DNA from: Octopus vulgaris
Lineage: Eukaryota
DNA: 64,000 nucleotides
Direction of reading: 5' to 3'
Assembly (NCBI GenBank): GCA_951406725.2
Contig: OX597819.1
Location: 73,594,001-73,658,000, forward strand
Positions 43,501 through 57,171 of the stretch are shown here, one piece after another (the first letter of the stretch is position 1; the number at the start of each line of letters is the position of its first letter). The notes below the pieces were generated by a model that had not been told where the DNA came from, did not search any database, and saw nothing but the letters and a program-made list of their open reading frames with translations. Both the position numbers and the translations under genes were made by a program.

Positions 43501-44334
43501 CTTAAGTAACAGAAGCTATCGACTACTTCTGGATATCCCCCTTGGCATTTGTTGGAGTCTATTTCCTGTACATTTTGTACATCTGCTACACACAAAGACT
43601 ATTTTGCCCTGTTAACTTTCATCTGATATTATTGCACCTCTTTTGTGTCCATACCTTACACCCGGTCCATCTTATAGATTTTCTACCTACATTTTTTCTA
43701 CATATGGAGCAAGGCCATCTACCTGAAGAGATTTGTGATTTTGTCTCCTTTCCTACTTATTAGGACTTTGGTTTTTGCTAAATTAACTCTAAAACCCTTT
43801 GATTCCACTCCTGAAATTTCTTCTCCAAATTCGGTAGTGATTCAGCTTTAAGAACAAGGTCATCATTGAAATTTCCAGTTAACTGTTTTATTGTAGTCAT
43901 CAGATATATCTACTCAAAATTTCATTATCCTTAACTGTGGAGAGCAGTTTTATGTACCAAGGTGTCTTTTGTTGAAGAATCTCATATTTGAAACTAATTT
44001 TTGCTGAGAAACGTTGAGTTTATTAAACATGACAACTCTCTCATTTCCTCCTCCTTTTTTGATTTTCTCCATTCATCCTATCATGTCAACTCTCTCTCTT
44101 TCTTCTCTCCTCTCTATCTCCCTTTCTCTCTGTACAATGTAAAGAGGGATGAGAGAAATCAACCCACCAATGCTTGTATCAGCTATTAGTATTTGAGTTC
44201 ATATTCTGCCAAGGTCAGCTTTGCCTTTCATCTTTTCAGGCTCGATAAAATGAGTACCAGCTGAGTGCTGGGGTTGATGTAATCGACTAGTCCCCTCCCC
44301 TAAAATTTCAGGCCTTGTGCTTGTAGCAGAAAGG

Positions 44335-44396
<62 letters not shown>

Positions 44397-47300
44397 CAAG
44401 GTGGTAGAATCATGAATACGTCGATAAAAATGTTAGTGACATTTCTTCTGACTTGATGATCTGAGTTCAAATGCTGCCAAGGTTGACTTTACCTTTCATA
44501 CTTTCGAGGTCAATAAAATAAGTACCAGTTATGCACTGGGATTGATGTAATCGACTTAACTCCTCCTCTGAAATTGCTGGACTTGTGCCAAAATTTGAAA
44601 CCATCATCATCATCATCATCAAGATGGTGAGCTGGCAGAAATGTTAGCATGCTGGGTGAAATGCTTTGCGGTATTTTGTCCATCTTTACGTTCTGAGTTC
44701 AAATTCCGCCAAGATCAACTTTGCCTTTCATCCTTTCAGGATCGAAAAATTAAGTACTAGTTGTGTACTGGAGTCGATCTAATTGACTTGCCCTGTCCTA
44801 CAAAATTTCAGGCTTTGTGCCTAGTATAAAAAAGATTATTATTATTATTATCACCATCTAAAGATTTACTGTAGTAGTACAATATGTTATTATAGCTTAT
44901 TGTTTATTTTCAGTATTTACATGACATCTTGGATGCTTTGTTTGACATGTTCTGTACAGAATATTTGGAAAAATATAATCAAGTTGTATTTGATGCCTTG
45001 GTAAGTAGAAAAGTAAAGAATATGTGAGCTGAAATAAGTAAAAGACGTGTGTGTGTGTATGTGTGTGTAATGTCATTTTGCTATTTCTTTGAGTTACAAA
45101 GAATCTTTATCCAATAATTATATATATAAAAAAAAAAAATTCAATGTTGATATCTCACAATTGTACTAATCTATATTTTAGGGATGAGGAATTATGTACA
45201 TTATCTACAATAGGTATCCTCACCTTATTTGTTGTTATCACAACATTTCGGCTGATTTACTTTCCTGCCTTCATCAGGTCTTCTGGTGGAATTTCAACCC
45301 CAGCTCTTTATTTGACTAATGGGATACCCTGTTCTCATTCCTAAGGTATTCTTTTTTTACTGATGTTATTTTTTTGTTGATATATTATTACCCAAGTCTC
45401 TGCCTGGGATTGAACTCAGAATCTGACGGTTAGTAGCCCGCAATCTCATCCACTACGCTATATGCTATATAATATCAACAAAAAATAACATCAGCAAAAA
45501 AATAATACCCTAGGAATGAGAACAGAGTACCCCATTAGTCAAATAAAGGGTTGGGTTTGAAATTCCACCAGAACACTTGATGAAAGCTGGAGGGTACATC
45601 AGTCGAAATGTGCTAACAACAAACATGGTGAGGACATCTATCTGTCCATTGTAAATAATGCTCACAAATGTACTTCTAAAATAGGTTTCTGCTTTTTGTT
45701 TTCATGTTCATACCTTATGTACTGGAATATAGGAGTTGGGTATACTCATGTGTCTGTATCATTACCTTTCACTTCTGTCTTTTTTTTTTTAACAGGTCCA
45801 TGTTTTTTATTTGTTAACAAACCGTACATTCAAGCAATATGTTCCTGGCTTCCAGTCATATCTCACTGACACTTTTTCCTCATCTTTAGTGTACAGGTAC
45901 GTTATCTGTTTCGCTTTGAAAGCTCCTTGCCTTCACCTTCAAATGGCTGTTACATCTCAATATTTGTTCTTCATTTCATTTCATTTCTATTACAAATGTT
46001 GCTTCCCAAATATTTGATTCTTCAGAAGTGGTTCACTTTCCAATCACATTGGTTCAGGCTCAGTCCCATTGCATAGCAACTTTGGCAAGTGTCTTTTACT
46101 GCAGCTCCAGCATGGCCAAAGCCTTGTAAGTGGATTTGCTGGACAGGAACTGAAAGAATCCCATCGTGTGTATGTGTTAGCATCTCCTCGTCTTGACATT
46201 GTGTGATGGTTATGAATGAACGTCACCAGTTTCCAACCTTCCATTAAAACATGTCTGGCCATGAAGAAATAGTGACTCACTTGGAAACCGTTTTGTGAGT
46301 AATTTTGAGAGTAAATCTGATATGTTTGGCTCTGTGGAATCCATCCTGGCAGTCAATCATCATCATTTAACATCCGTCTTACTTGCTAAAATGAGTGGGA
46401 TGGTACCACAAGAGCCAGCCAGACACAGTCGACTTCAGTGGAATTTGAACTCAGAATGTAGTGACAGGCAAAATGCTATTAAGCATTTTGTCCAGTGTGC
46501 TAACGATTCTGCCAGCTCACCGCCTTAATAATTATGACGGCGGTGGCAATAACCCTTTCTACTAAAGGTGCAAGGCCTGAAATTTTGTGGGAGGGACCCC
46601 AGTTTTCCACTGGTACTTAATATATCGACCCTGAAAGGATGAAAGGCACAGTCAACCTCAGCGGAATTTGAATTCAGAACGTAGCAACAGGTGTAATACC
46701 AATAAGCATTTCGTCCAGCATGCTAACAATTCTGCCAGCTCACCACCTTAATAATAATAATGATAATGATACATCTGTTGTTTCTATTTCAGACATCTTC
46801 TGCTCTGTTTGAAAGCGAATCTTGATAAAATCATCAATGGCAGTCAAGACAGAATATTAAAAGAGATGTTAAAGGTGATTCTTTTGGGGTTTTTTTTTTG
46901 GTCTTTTTTTTTAAAACTTTTTCTATTTAATGATCTTTTCTGGATTCCCTCCTCTTATTTCTTCTGTAGGGTTTATACTTATGTCATATGTAAACCCTTG
47001 TGTAGCTGTATGGTTGAGAAGCTTGCTTCCCAGCCATGTGTTTTTAGGTTCAATCTCACTGCATGGCACCTGAAGCAGATATCTCCTATTGTAGTCTTGG
47101 GCTGGCCAAAGCCTTGTGAGTAGATTTGATAGATGGAAACTATGTGGAAGCCTGTCATATATATATATATATATATATATAGTTATACCTGATGCCAGTG
47201 CTGTCTGACTGGCACCCATGCCAGTGGCATGTAAAAAGCACTGTTCGAGCGTTGGGCCTCATGGAGGCAGTGATGTCAAACCAAGCGAGATCGTAGTCAT

Positions 47301-49695
47301 GGCTGATGCCAGTGTAGCATAACTGGCTCATTAAAAGCACCCTTCAATCATTGGGCGACATGCTGTGCTTGTGAAGACTTGTCGAACTGAGTGAAATTGT
47401 AGTCATGGCCGATGCCAGTGCTGCCTGACAGGCACCTGTACTGGTGGCATATAAAGAGCACTGTTTGAGCGTTGGGCCTCATGGAGGCAGTGACAGGTGA
47501 CCAAGACCTTTGGCGATATACCGGGCTAGTGTAGACCTGTCAAGCGAAGTGAGACCATAGTGGTTGGCATTAGGAAGGGCATCCAGCTGTAGAAACCTTA
47601 CCAAATCAGATCAGGACCTATTGCAGCCCCCTGGCTTACCAGTTTTCAGTCAAACCGTCCAACCCATGCCAGCATGGAAAGCAGTCATTAATTGAGGATG
47701 ATGATGATGATATATATGTATGTGTTTGTGTGTCCCCTTGTTCTGACATCATGTGATGGCTGTAAATGAACATCATTCATGCAAATGATTTTGTTAGTTT
47801 CCAGTTTCCTTGGAAAACTTGTGAGGTCATGATGGGGAAACGACACCTTACTGAGAAACAGGTGAGGCTTGGTGACAGGAAGGACATTAAAGAATATAAG
47901 TTTTCCTGTCAACACTTTTGTTGCTAGTTATTAAGTACATCTTGTGTCTACAGTGTTTTAAAGTTAGTTTGAATACAAGGTTATTTACAGAATGTAAAAT
48001 GCTAACTTTTCTGACATCTAAACACATACAGCTTGCTAAACACTACAAAATAAAATTTTCTTGCAAGTTACTTGGCAACCCTGCTGGTGCTACATGAAAA
48101 GCCCTCAGCACACAATGTAAAATGGTTAGCATTAGGATAGGCATCCAGCTGTAGAAACCATGTCAAAACAGACAACCGGAGCCTGGTGCAGCTCTCCGGC
48201 CTTGCCAGCTCCTGTCAAAGTGTCCAACCCATACCAGCAAGTTCAGTACAACTGCTTTGACACTGAGAATCGAAATATCCAGAACAAATGCTACAAAGAA
48301 TTTCATCTGATGCTCTATTTCAATATTCAACCACATTGGGGTGGACTTCATTATATTGACTTTGGGAGGGGGAAGTCAAAGATCACTTCAGCAAGATTTC
48401 AACTCAGAATACAAAGAACTGGAACAAATACCATAAACCATTTTAACCGATGCTTTAACAATTCTGCCAATTTCTTGTCTTAAAATTACTAATCTTCTCT
48501 TATTCTAGAGATCATCTTTGTTAAAATTTCTCAACAATTTCTATTTTTTAGGTGTTTAATTACTTGTTCCAGTTTATTGTCCAGTCCAAACTGTTATTCA
48601 ACAGGTAATTAATTAATATCTATATTTAATGTCAGATTATTATTGTTCTAACAGTAAAGAGTATTACTTAGGAACAAAAATTATGCAAATATATTTTATT
48701 TGCCATCTGTTTATTCTCTAGCTGACTCCCCTCATGGTTCCACTGTCCCCCCACCACAATCTTCTGATATTCACCATTGGTCATGTCTCTACCCTTGTTC
48801 ACCATTCACTACACTCACCTCTACCTCTACCCACTTGTCATGCTCCTTTCACATTCCCATGAACTTATCCAGCTGGCCACCCTGTCTGAACCTCTGCTCC
48901 ACTTCCCTTATATTCACCTTGTACCTTGAGGGTACACCCTGACACATTATCACCACCACCATTTTCCCCCTTTCCAGCTGGGGTAACCATGTACTTCCCC
49001 AACAGCAAGACACTTTTTCCAGCCTCCCTCGTCATGTGGCACAAAGCCACCTTCTTCGATAATGCCACCCCATTCCACCAATGGTTCTTATAATGTGAGT
49101 TACTTGGTGACCTCACAAGTGCTGGTACCATGCAAAAAGCACTCTCAAAGTGGTTGGCATTAGGAAGGGCATCCAGCTGTAGAAATTATGTCAAAGAGAC
49201 ATTGGAACCAATTAGATATATTTGTTGGAATAACTGATTTGGACAGATATGTCTAATTATGGGAAATGAGGAAATTCACATGTGTGACCAAAAATTGTCT
49301 GTTTGTCTTTGTCTGTCTGTCTCTATGTCTGTCTATTTAAGTCTGTCTTATTCAATAAAAAATAAAAGTCAAATATTGAGTTCTATTTCTCCTGTTGGTT
49401 CTACCAAATTTGTGTGTTTGTGTATCTTTATTTATTGGGATGGGGGTGTTGGGTAGTTGCATGAAGTAGTGATGGAAAATCTGCAAAGGTTAGACCGGTT
49501 CAAAATATGTTTGCAACAAATTTGAACCCGTACAGATTTTTTCCTGCAGTTTTCTGTTGAGAGAAAAGTCTTGTTTGAGATAAAATGGGTTTGAACACTA
49601 TAGTCAGCTCAGAGCACCCTCTTTTCTACTGGTGAATGCATTTTGAATTCTTTAGTTCTTCCTAATCTCAGATACCAAGAGAGTTACCACTCTTG

Positions 49696-49728
<33 letters not shown>

Positions 49729-51357
49729 CACAAATATTCTATAATTATAATCAGGGATCAGCTAATTGCTTCGCCATGCACTGAACTTAGAAATAGGAGT
49801 TAAAATGCCTTTTATGCTACCATGAAGATCTCCCAGACAGTAACACACTTTTTTACGTAAGCAAAAAGAAAAAATAATGAATCCATATGACTCAGATTAA
49901 CTACATACGCGTTTCAAGATTAAAGTAAAGTTATATTTACTCACTTATTTCCCATCTTCAGTGTAGCATTTCGAGATATAAATTTGAGAGTGTTTAGGAT
50001 TAAATGTGTACGCGAACAAGTGCCATCATATAACTGACATTCAACCAACACTTTCAAAAACATACAGCTGAATGTGAACGCATATTTATCCTCAATACCC
50101 ATATGTGTGTTATAAATAATCCTGCAGAAATTGCAGTTTTCGATCAGGGAATAAATTATATTTCAATAATAATAATAAAAGGGTAAAATTAATTATTTAA
50201 TAATTAATAATTTTACCAAGTAGTTTGGTTCATTAAAATAACCTTTTTAGGTAAAATCATACAAATATTTTATAATTATAAACATAATTATAATCAGGGG
50301 TCAGCTAATTGCTTCACCACACACCAAACTTAGAAATAGGAGTTAAAATGCCTTTTATGCTACCATGAAGATCTCCCAGACAGTAACACACACACACACA
50401 CACATAACATTCAGTTGAATTAGATACTTAAATTGAGGCACCTTGTCAGGTCAGAGTAACATGCACACCAGGGATGTGCCACCAAGGCAGGCAAGGTAGG
50501 CGGTGCCTACTTTGAATAAAATAGATCGATAGCAACATTTTCCTTTTATGGCAAAATATGCACCTAATTCAATAAAATTATGAAGGTTATTCTGATTATT
50601 ATGCATAAAACGCAAATTTAATTTTTTTTGTAGATTAAGTATGCATAATTTGCCCCTGCCTTTCAATCTCCGTATTTAAGCTATGCATAGTAATGCTGTA
50701 GTACACGTGCTGTGTACATTCCTACTTTACGTGCTATAAAGGCAGAAGTAAATCTGCCTTCAACTCAGTCACGTAGCTGTGTTTCGCTTATTTTTTGTCT
50801 TTTGCTACGTAAACATCACCAGCTGCCTACCCTGGGTAATTACTGTCAGCACATGCTTCATGTACACCCAAGCAATATCAAATGAATATCAAACTCTATG
50901 CAGAAGTGTTTGCACTTGATAGTCTTGCAGTGTGTGCAGATAACACGATCCAACTTGGTGAAGAGATCCCCTCTTGGTTGTTCAGACATGTACTTTATAT
51001 AAAAATACTTTCTCTAATATTTCCAAAGTGCAGATTACAGGGTAGGTGAATAAAATATGATTGAGTAGCAGTAGAGGTACAGCTGTCAATTCATTACAGC
51101 CGTTTCAAGCGACTCCTTTAATTGATTAATGAAAACATTACATCATTGCAAAGAAACCATTTTTGTCAGATGATCGCAAAGACTTCAAACACAAAGGACC
51201 AACCAACTGCTTTAACATATTCATGTCACCAAACTGTTTGAAGTCTATGCAGTCATCTGACGAAAATGTTTTCTTTGCAATGATGCTTTCATTAATTAAT
51301 TAAAGGAGTTGCTTGAAATGGCTGTAATGAATTGACACCTGTACATCTTTGCTACTC

Positions 51358-51418
<61 letters not shown>

Positions 51419-54400
51419 GAAATGAAGAAAATGCTGACAAAATAATTTAAGTAATTTAATTAGGTGAAAGTTCTTTTTACTGGTTGCGCATTTGTTATGC
51501 TTATCAAAAGATGTTTTTTTAAGAGTGATAGAGTTCCTTTCTGATAGATTTTTTCCTCTTATCTGGAAAGGAACTCTATCTCTCTTAAAAAAACATCTTT
51601 TGATAAGCATAACAAATGCGCAACCGGTAAAAAGAACTTTCACCTAATTAAATTACTTAAATTACTTAAATTATTTTGTCAGCATTTTCTTCATTTCCTT
51701 TTTTATATATCACAACTCGTGTTCCACATCTCCTTTTTTAAATATATATATATATATATATATAGAAATATGTACTTGGTTATGTTAGTCACTGTATTGA
51801 CCAGACTGTTAGATGTTGCTATAGACTGCTGATCACAGTGCGCTTTGTTACATTATAGTTGCTTTTGAATAATGCTACCCCACTAGCTAGGCAAACAGGG
51901 TATATAAATATATATATATATGGACAGCAAAAGCGAGATAGACTGAGGAAAATGTGGAGGGGACAGGCGGAAGATGAGACTGGGAGGGTGTGCTTGAGAA
52001 GGGAGGATGCCCAAAACCAGGCAAGATGGCGAGATGATGTGAGGGCAGTTGCTATGGCATTGAGATAGATCCAACTACCTCTATTAATAGGGACAAAACC
52101 TGGATTTAAAATGATTGATGATGACGATCAGTGTTTTTGTTTGTGTATCAAGATGTTTGTACATCAAGTGATTGTTGGTTGTGATTATTTATTACTGTAT
52201 GACTTAGTGTATGGAATACTGTTTCATGTTGACAATAAATTTATGCATTGTTTAAAAACAAAATGCCTTTCTTTTATTTCAGAGCATACACTGTTGAAAG
52301 ATCTGATGAATTCCCTCAACTCATATATTTAGTTTTCGAAAAAATGGGGTACCTTGTATCGTTAAATCAAGATAACTTGTCAAGTTGTCAGGTAATGTCA
52401 ACGTTTTATTTATATCAAATTTCTCATTGATTGATTGTGCACATATAGTAATACTTCATCATCATCATTTAACATTCATTGTCCATGCTGGCATGGGTTG
52501 GACAGTTTGACTGGGCTGGCATACTGGAAGGCTACACCAGACTCCAGTCTGATTTGGTATGGTTTTCTATGGCTGGATGCTCTTCTTAATGCCAATCACT
52601 CTGAGAGTGTAATGGCTGCTTTTACATGCCACCAGCATGAGTGCCATTTGTGTGACACTGGTATCTGCCACGACTGTGATTTTGGTTGGCTTGATGGGTC
52701 TTCTTTTCAAGCATGACATAATGCCAAAAGTCTTGTGAGGCCCAACATTCGAAAGGTACTCTGATATTAATATTCTAACTATATAAAGCCATTTAGATAC
52801 GCACTTTACATATAGATATATACTTTTATTAGAACTGCAAAATTATCACAAAAACTGTTACTCAGAGTTTCATGTTCCTGTTCATCAGGTTTGTGTAATA
52901 TAACGTGATGTAATTCAAATACACAAGTAATTATTTAAATTTGATTGGGTCGTTAATTTTCAAAATATAATGGTGTAATATTCATTACTAGCTGGGTGTT
53001 TGGGGGCGGGGTTTGAACATTACCAGTAAGGTGTATATAAATATAAATATTATAATGAGATAAAGAACGAAACCTTGCTTAGAGCGTGATGTGTATGTTT
53101 GCGTGTTTATGCAAAACACATTTCTGATGCAGGGGTCTTGTAGTAGTGGGTAGGTGACAAACATGTAACCAAACAACTTCTTGACTCTCCATATTTGAGA
53201 AAAATAGTAAGAAAATAAATACATGTGAATAAGCAAATCTGACCAAAACAATTTTTGGTGTTTTACAAATCACCAACATGACTCTTCTGTTATGTAATTG
53301 TCATATATATATATGTGTGTGTGTTTGTGTGTGTGTTTGTGTGTGTGTGTGTTGTTATCGTTAGGCCTAGCTCGTCATAAAGTAAATACCACCATGACCG
53401 ATATCCAAACTACGATGGAAAAGGCTATCCATTGGATTTGGTTAAAAAGAGATGATGAGTGATGGCTAAAAGAATATTGAGCTTTATTTAATAACCAGTT
53501 GATCTAGCAAGTGGGGCCCCATATCAGTGATGGGGTAGTGCTGGTGTGCATTGATGCCGTCGAGAGGTAGGCACCGAAGCAGCATGCATTCTATCCTGAT
53601 GACCCCATATACTTGCTGGCTTCTGGTATGCGGAGTTCTTGAGTAGTAGCACTTGCATGTGCAAGTTGTTTGCAAAACATTTTATTATGATTAATGACAT
53701 TGAAAATATAAAAAAAAACGTGGCTAAGTAATTTAATGTGCTAATGATTTTAATGAATTAAGTTATAACATTGATGTGATACTTACTGTATACCTACTTT
53801 TGCACTGTGCCTTTGTATGTGTTATACGAATTTCCAAAAGGGTAATTGTTTTAATTCTTTTTTTTGTTTCTGTCTGTTTCAGATCTTACTGCTGAGCAAC
53901 ATCCCCAACACTTATAATTCCCTGTTAAAACTGCTGAGTAAGAAAGATGTGACAATATATGTTGTCAACATCATCAATTTTATGCCGAAAGAGCTCTCAG
54001 AGTCCCTGTTTAGCAAGAAATTAGAGTTCCTTCACGAAACTCTCAAAAGTGAACTAGTCACTGATAGAGGTAGGTATCATCATCGTCATCATCATCGTTT
54101 AAGTTCTGTTGTCCATGCTGGCACGGGTTGGCTGGTTTGACGAGAGCTGAAGAGCTGCACCAGGCTCCAGTCTGACTTGGCATGGTTTCTACAACTGGAT
54201 GTCCTTCCTAATGCCAACCACTTTACAGAGTGTGCTGGGTGCTTTTTATGTGGTACCACACAGGCACTTTACATGGCAGCGCCACAAGTGCTTTACACCA
54301 CCAGAGGCATCGGTCTTAACACATCTGCTGTTGAGGAAGGGTCATCTTTAAATATATAACTTCCTGTACACATCTTTTATCCCTTGCTTGTTTTAGCCAT

Positions 54401-55929
54401 TGAACTGTGGCCATGCTGGGGAACCTCGTTGAAGTGTTTACATTGAACAAATTGTCCTCAGTACTTATTTTTAAGTCAGTTATGTATTCTATTGGTCTCT
54501 TTTGTCAAAGCTCCAAGTTGTGAGAATGTTAACAAACCAACATTTGTTGTCAAGTGGTGCAGAGTGGTAGACTCATCACACTCACACACACACACATATG
54601 CACACACATGCACAACAGGCTTTCACACAGATTTTGTCTACCAAATTCACTCACAAGTGTTGGTTTGAGGCTACAGCAGAAGACATTTGCCCAAGGTGCC
54701 GTGCAGTGGGACTGAACCCGAAGCCATGTGGTTGCAAAGCAAGCTTCTTAACCACACAGCCAGGCCTGAGCCCTACATCTTAACCAAAGTTTTGAGTCTG
54801 TTGTACAGCCCCCATAATCATATTCATTTTCATGATTTTGTCCTAAACAAGGCTTGAGGTCAGTGTAGTATAAGGAACTACAAAGAAGGAATTCAAAAGA
54901 TCTTGTCTGGAGCAGTTTTGCTTCTGGTCAGTTATTATTATCCTTAAAATGGCAAGCTCGCTAGGTGAAAAGCTTAGCAATGTTTCATCTGCCACAATAT
55001 TCTGAGTTCGAGGTCGACTTAGCCTTTCATCCTTTTGGGGTGTTGATAAAATAAGTACCAGTGTAATCGACTTGATCCCTTCCTCCAAATTTGAGGCCTT
55101 GTGCTTCTAGAAGAAAGGATTATTAAGATGGCAAGCTAGCAGAATGGTTAGCACATCAGACAAAATGCTTTGCAGCATTTATTCTGAGGTCAAATCCTGC
55201 CAAGGCCAAGGTTAGCTTTTTCTTCTATCCTTTTGAGGTCAATAAAATAAAGCACCTTTTAAGTACTGAGGTCAGTGTAATTTCCTAATCCTTACCCCTA
55301 AAACTGATGGCCTTGGGCCCAAATTTACCAGTTGGCAGGATTGTTAGCCTGAAGGGCAAAATACTTAGCAGCATTTCTTTCATTTGTATGTTCTGAGTTC
55401 AAATTCTGCTGAGATTTACTTTGCCTTTCATCCTTTCAGGGTCAATAAAATAAGTACCAGTGAAACACTGGGGTTGATGTAATTGTCTTAGCACCTCCCC
55501 TGAAGTTGCTGGCCTTGTACCAAAATTTGAAATTATCACCATCACCATCATAATCATCATCATCATCATTATCATTTAAGGTTGCAAGCTGACAGAATTG
55601 TTAGCACGCCATGTAAAATGCTGCTGAGGTCGACTTCGCCTTTTATCCTGTCATGGTTGATAAATTAAGTACCAGTGAAACACTGGGGTTGATTTAATTG
55701 ACTTACCCCTCCCCCAAATTTGGTTTTGCACATTGTGTTGTTCTCGAGAATGTTTAAGAAAATTATGTGTTTGTTTTAAAATTTGAAATTACATAGACAG
55801 TATTTTACGTAGGATATGGGCAGTTCCCATGAGCACTATCCTTTGAATTTCTGCCATTTTGGGGTTTCCTGGTATCTGGGCTAGGTAGCAATCATTTGCT
55901 ATCATTTTGCTGTCATTTGCTATCATTCC

Positions 55930-55982
<53 letters not shown>

Positions 55983-57124
55983 TCCTTAGATTCTCGAATG
56001 ATGCTGCTGCCTCTCTGTATGTCTCAAATCAAACGCTGTTTCATTGGGAAGCAATTATATACCCTGGCTACAACCATTTTGGGTGATATCCTTTGCTTCC
56101 TCCATTCACTAAAATTAGTAAGTAGCCTTTATTTTCATGACCTTTTTTTTTTTGTTGTTGTTTAGTTGTTCCATGTTGTGGAACAAATTTGAAGACAAAA
56201 CCTCAAATGCTTGTCTCTTGAAATCAAAAAGAAAAACTCTGCATAGAAGACATTGCTTGATCAGTTCTTACCCTTTTGTTTGTTCCAGTCACTACCCTGT
56301 GACCATGCTGGAGCAGTGACTTGTCAAACAAATGTCATCCCCATTATCTTTTTTTAAGTCTAGTACTTGTTTTATCTTCTTTGCCAAACCACGTATATTT
56401 ATTGGGATGTAAACAAACTAACACTGTTATCAAGAAGTGCTGGATGGGCAAACACAAAAATGCATGCTCTCACACACACACATGCTCACATGCATGCATG
56501 CTCACCCATGATGGGCTTCCATACAGTTTCCATCTACCAAATCCACTCAGAAGGCTTTGGTCAGCCTGAGGCTATAATAGAGGTCATTTGCCCATATTTC
56601 TGGTTTCCTAGGAACAGCATGAACAAAATCTCTATTGGATTCTTGCTAAAATGGTAATAGACAACACACGTAGAAAAAAAAAGATAAAAATATTCAAAAT
56701 AGACAAATGATCACATTGCAGCTTTGTGGTCAAGTGTGTTTAAGACTCATTGTTAATGGTGTCCACAATAGGTACAGTTCTATATTCAAGAGATGAGGAA
56801 CTATGTACATTATTTACATTTTATGGATATTTGTCCTCATCTTGTTTGTTGTTAACACAATGTTTCGGCTGATATATCCTCCGGCCTTCATCAGGTGTCT
56901 TGGAATAATTTTGAACTTGGGTTCTCATTCCTAAAGTATTTTTCAATGTTGTTGTTGTTGTTATTATTATTATTATTATTATTGTTATTATTATTATTCA
57001 CGTCACTGCTTGGAATCGAACTCGGAATCTTGGGGTTAGTAGCTCCTAACCATGGGCATATGGTATAGTGGTTAAAAGCGCGGTCTACTAACCCCAAGAT
57101 TCTGAGTTTGATTCCAGGCAGTGG

Positions 57125-57171
<47 letters not shown>

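Noticed and set aside
57055-57125. Functional tRNA gene
   Set aside because: It has A/B boxes but no proper acceptor stem or oligo-T terminator; it is the head of a repeat. The same applies to the other SINE heads.
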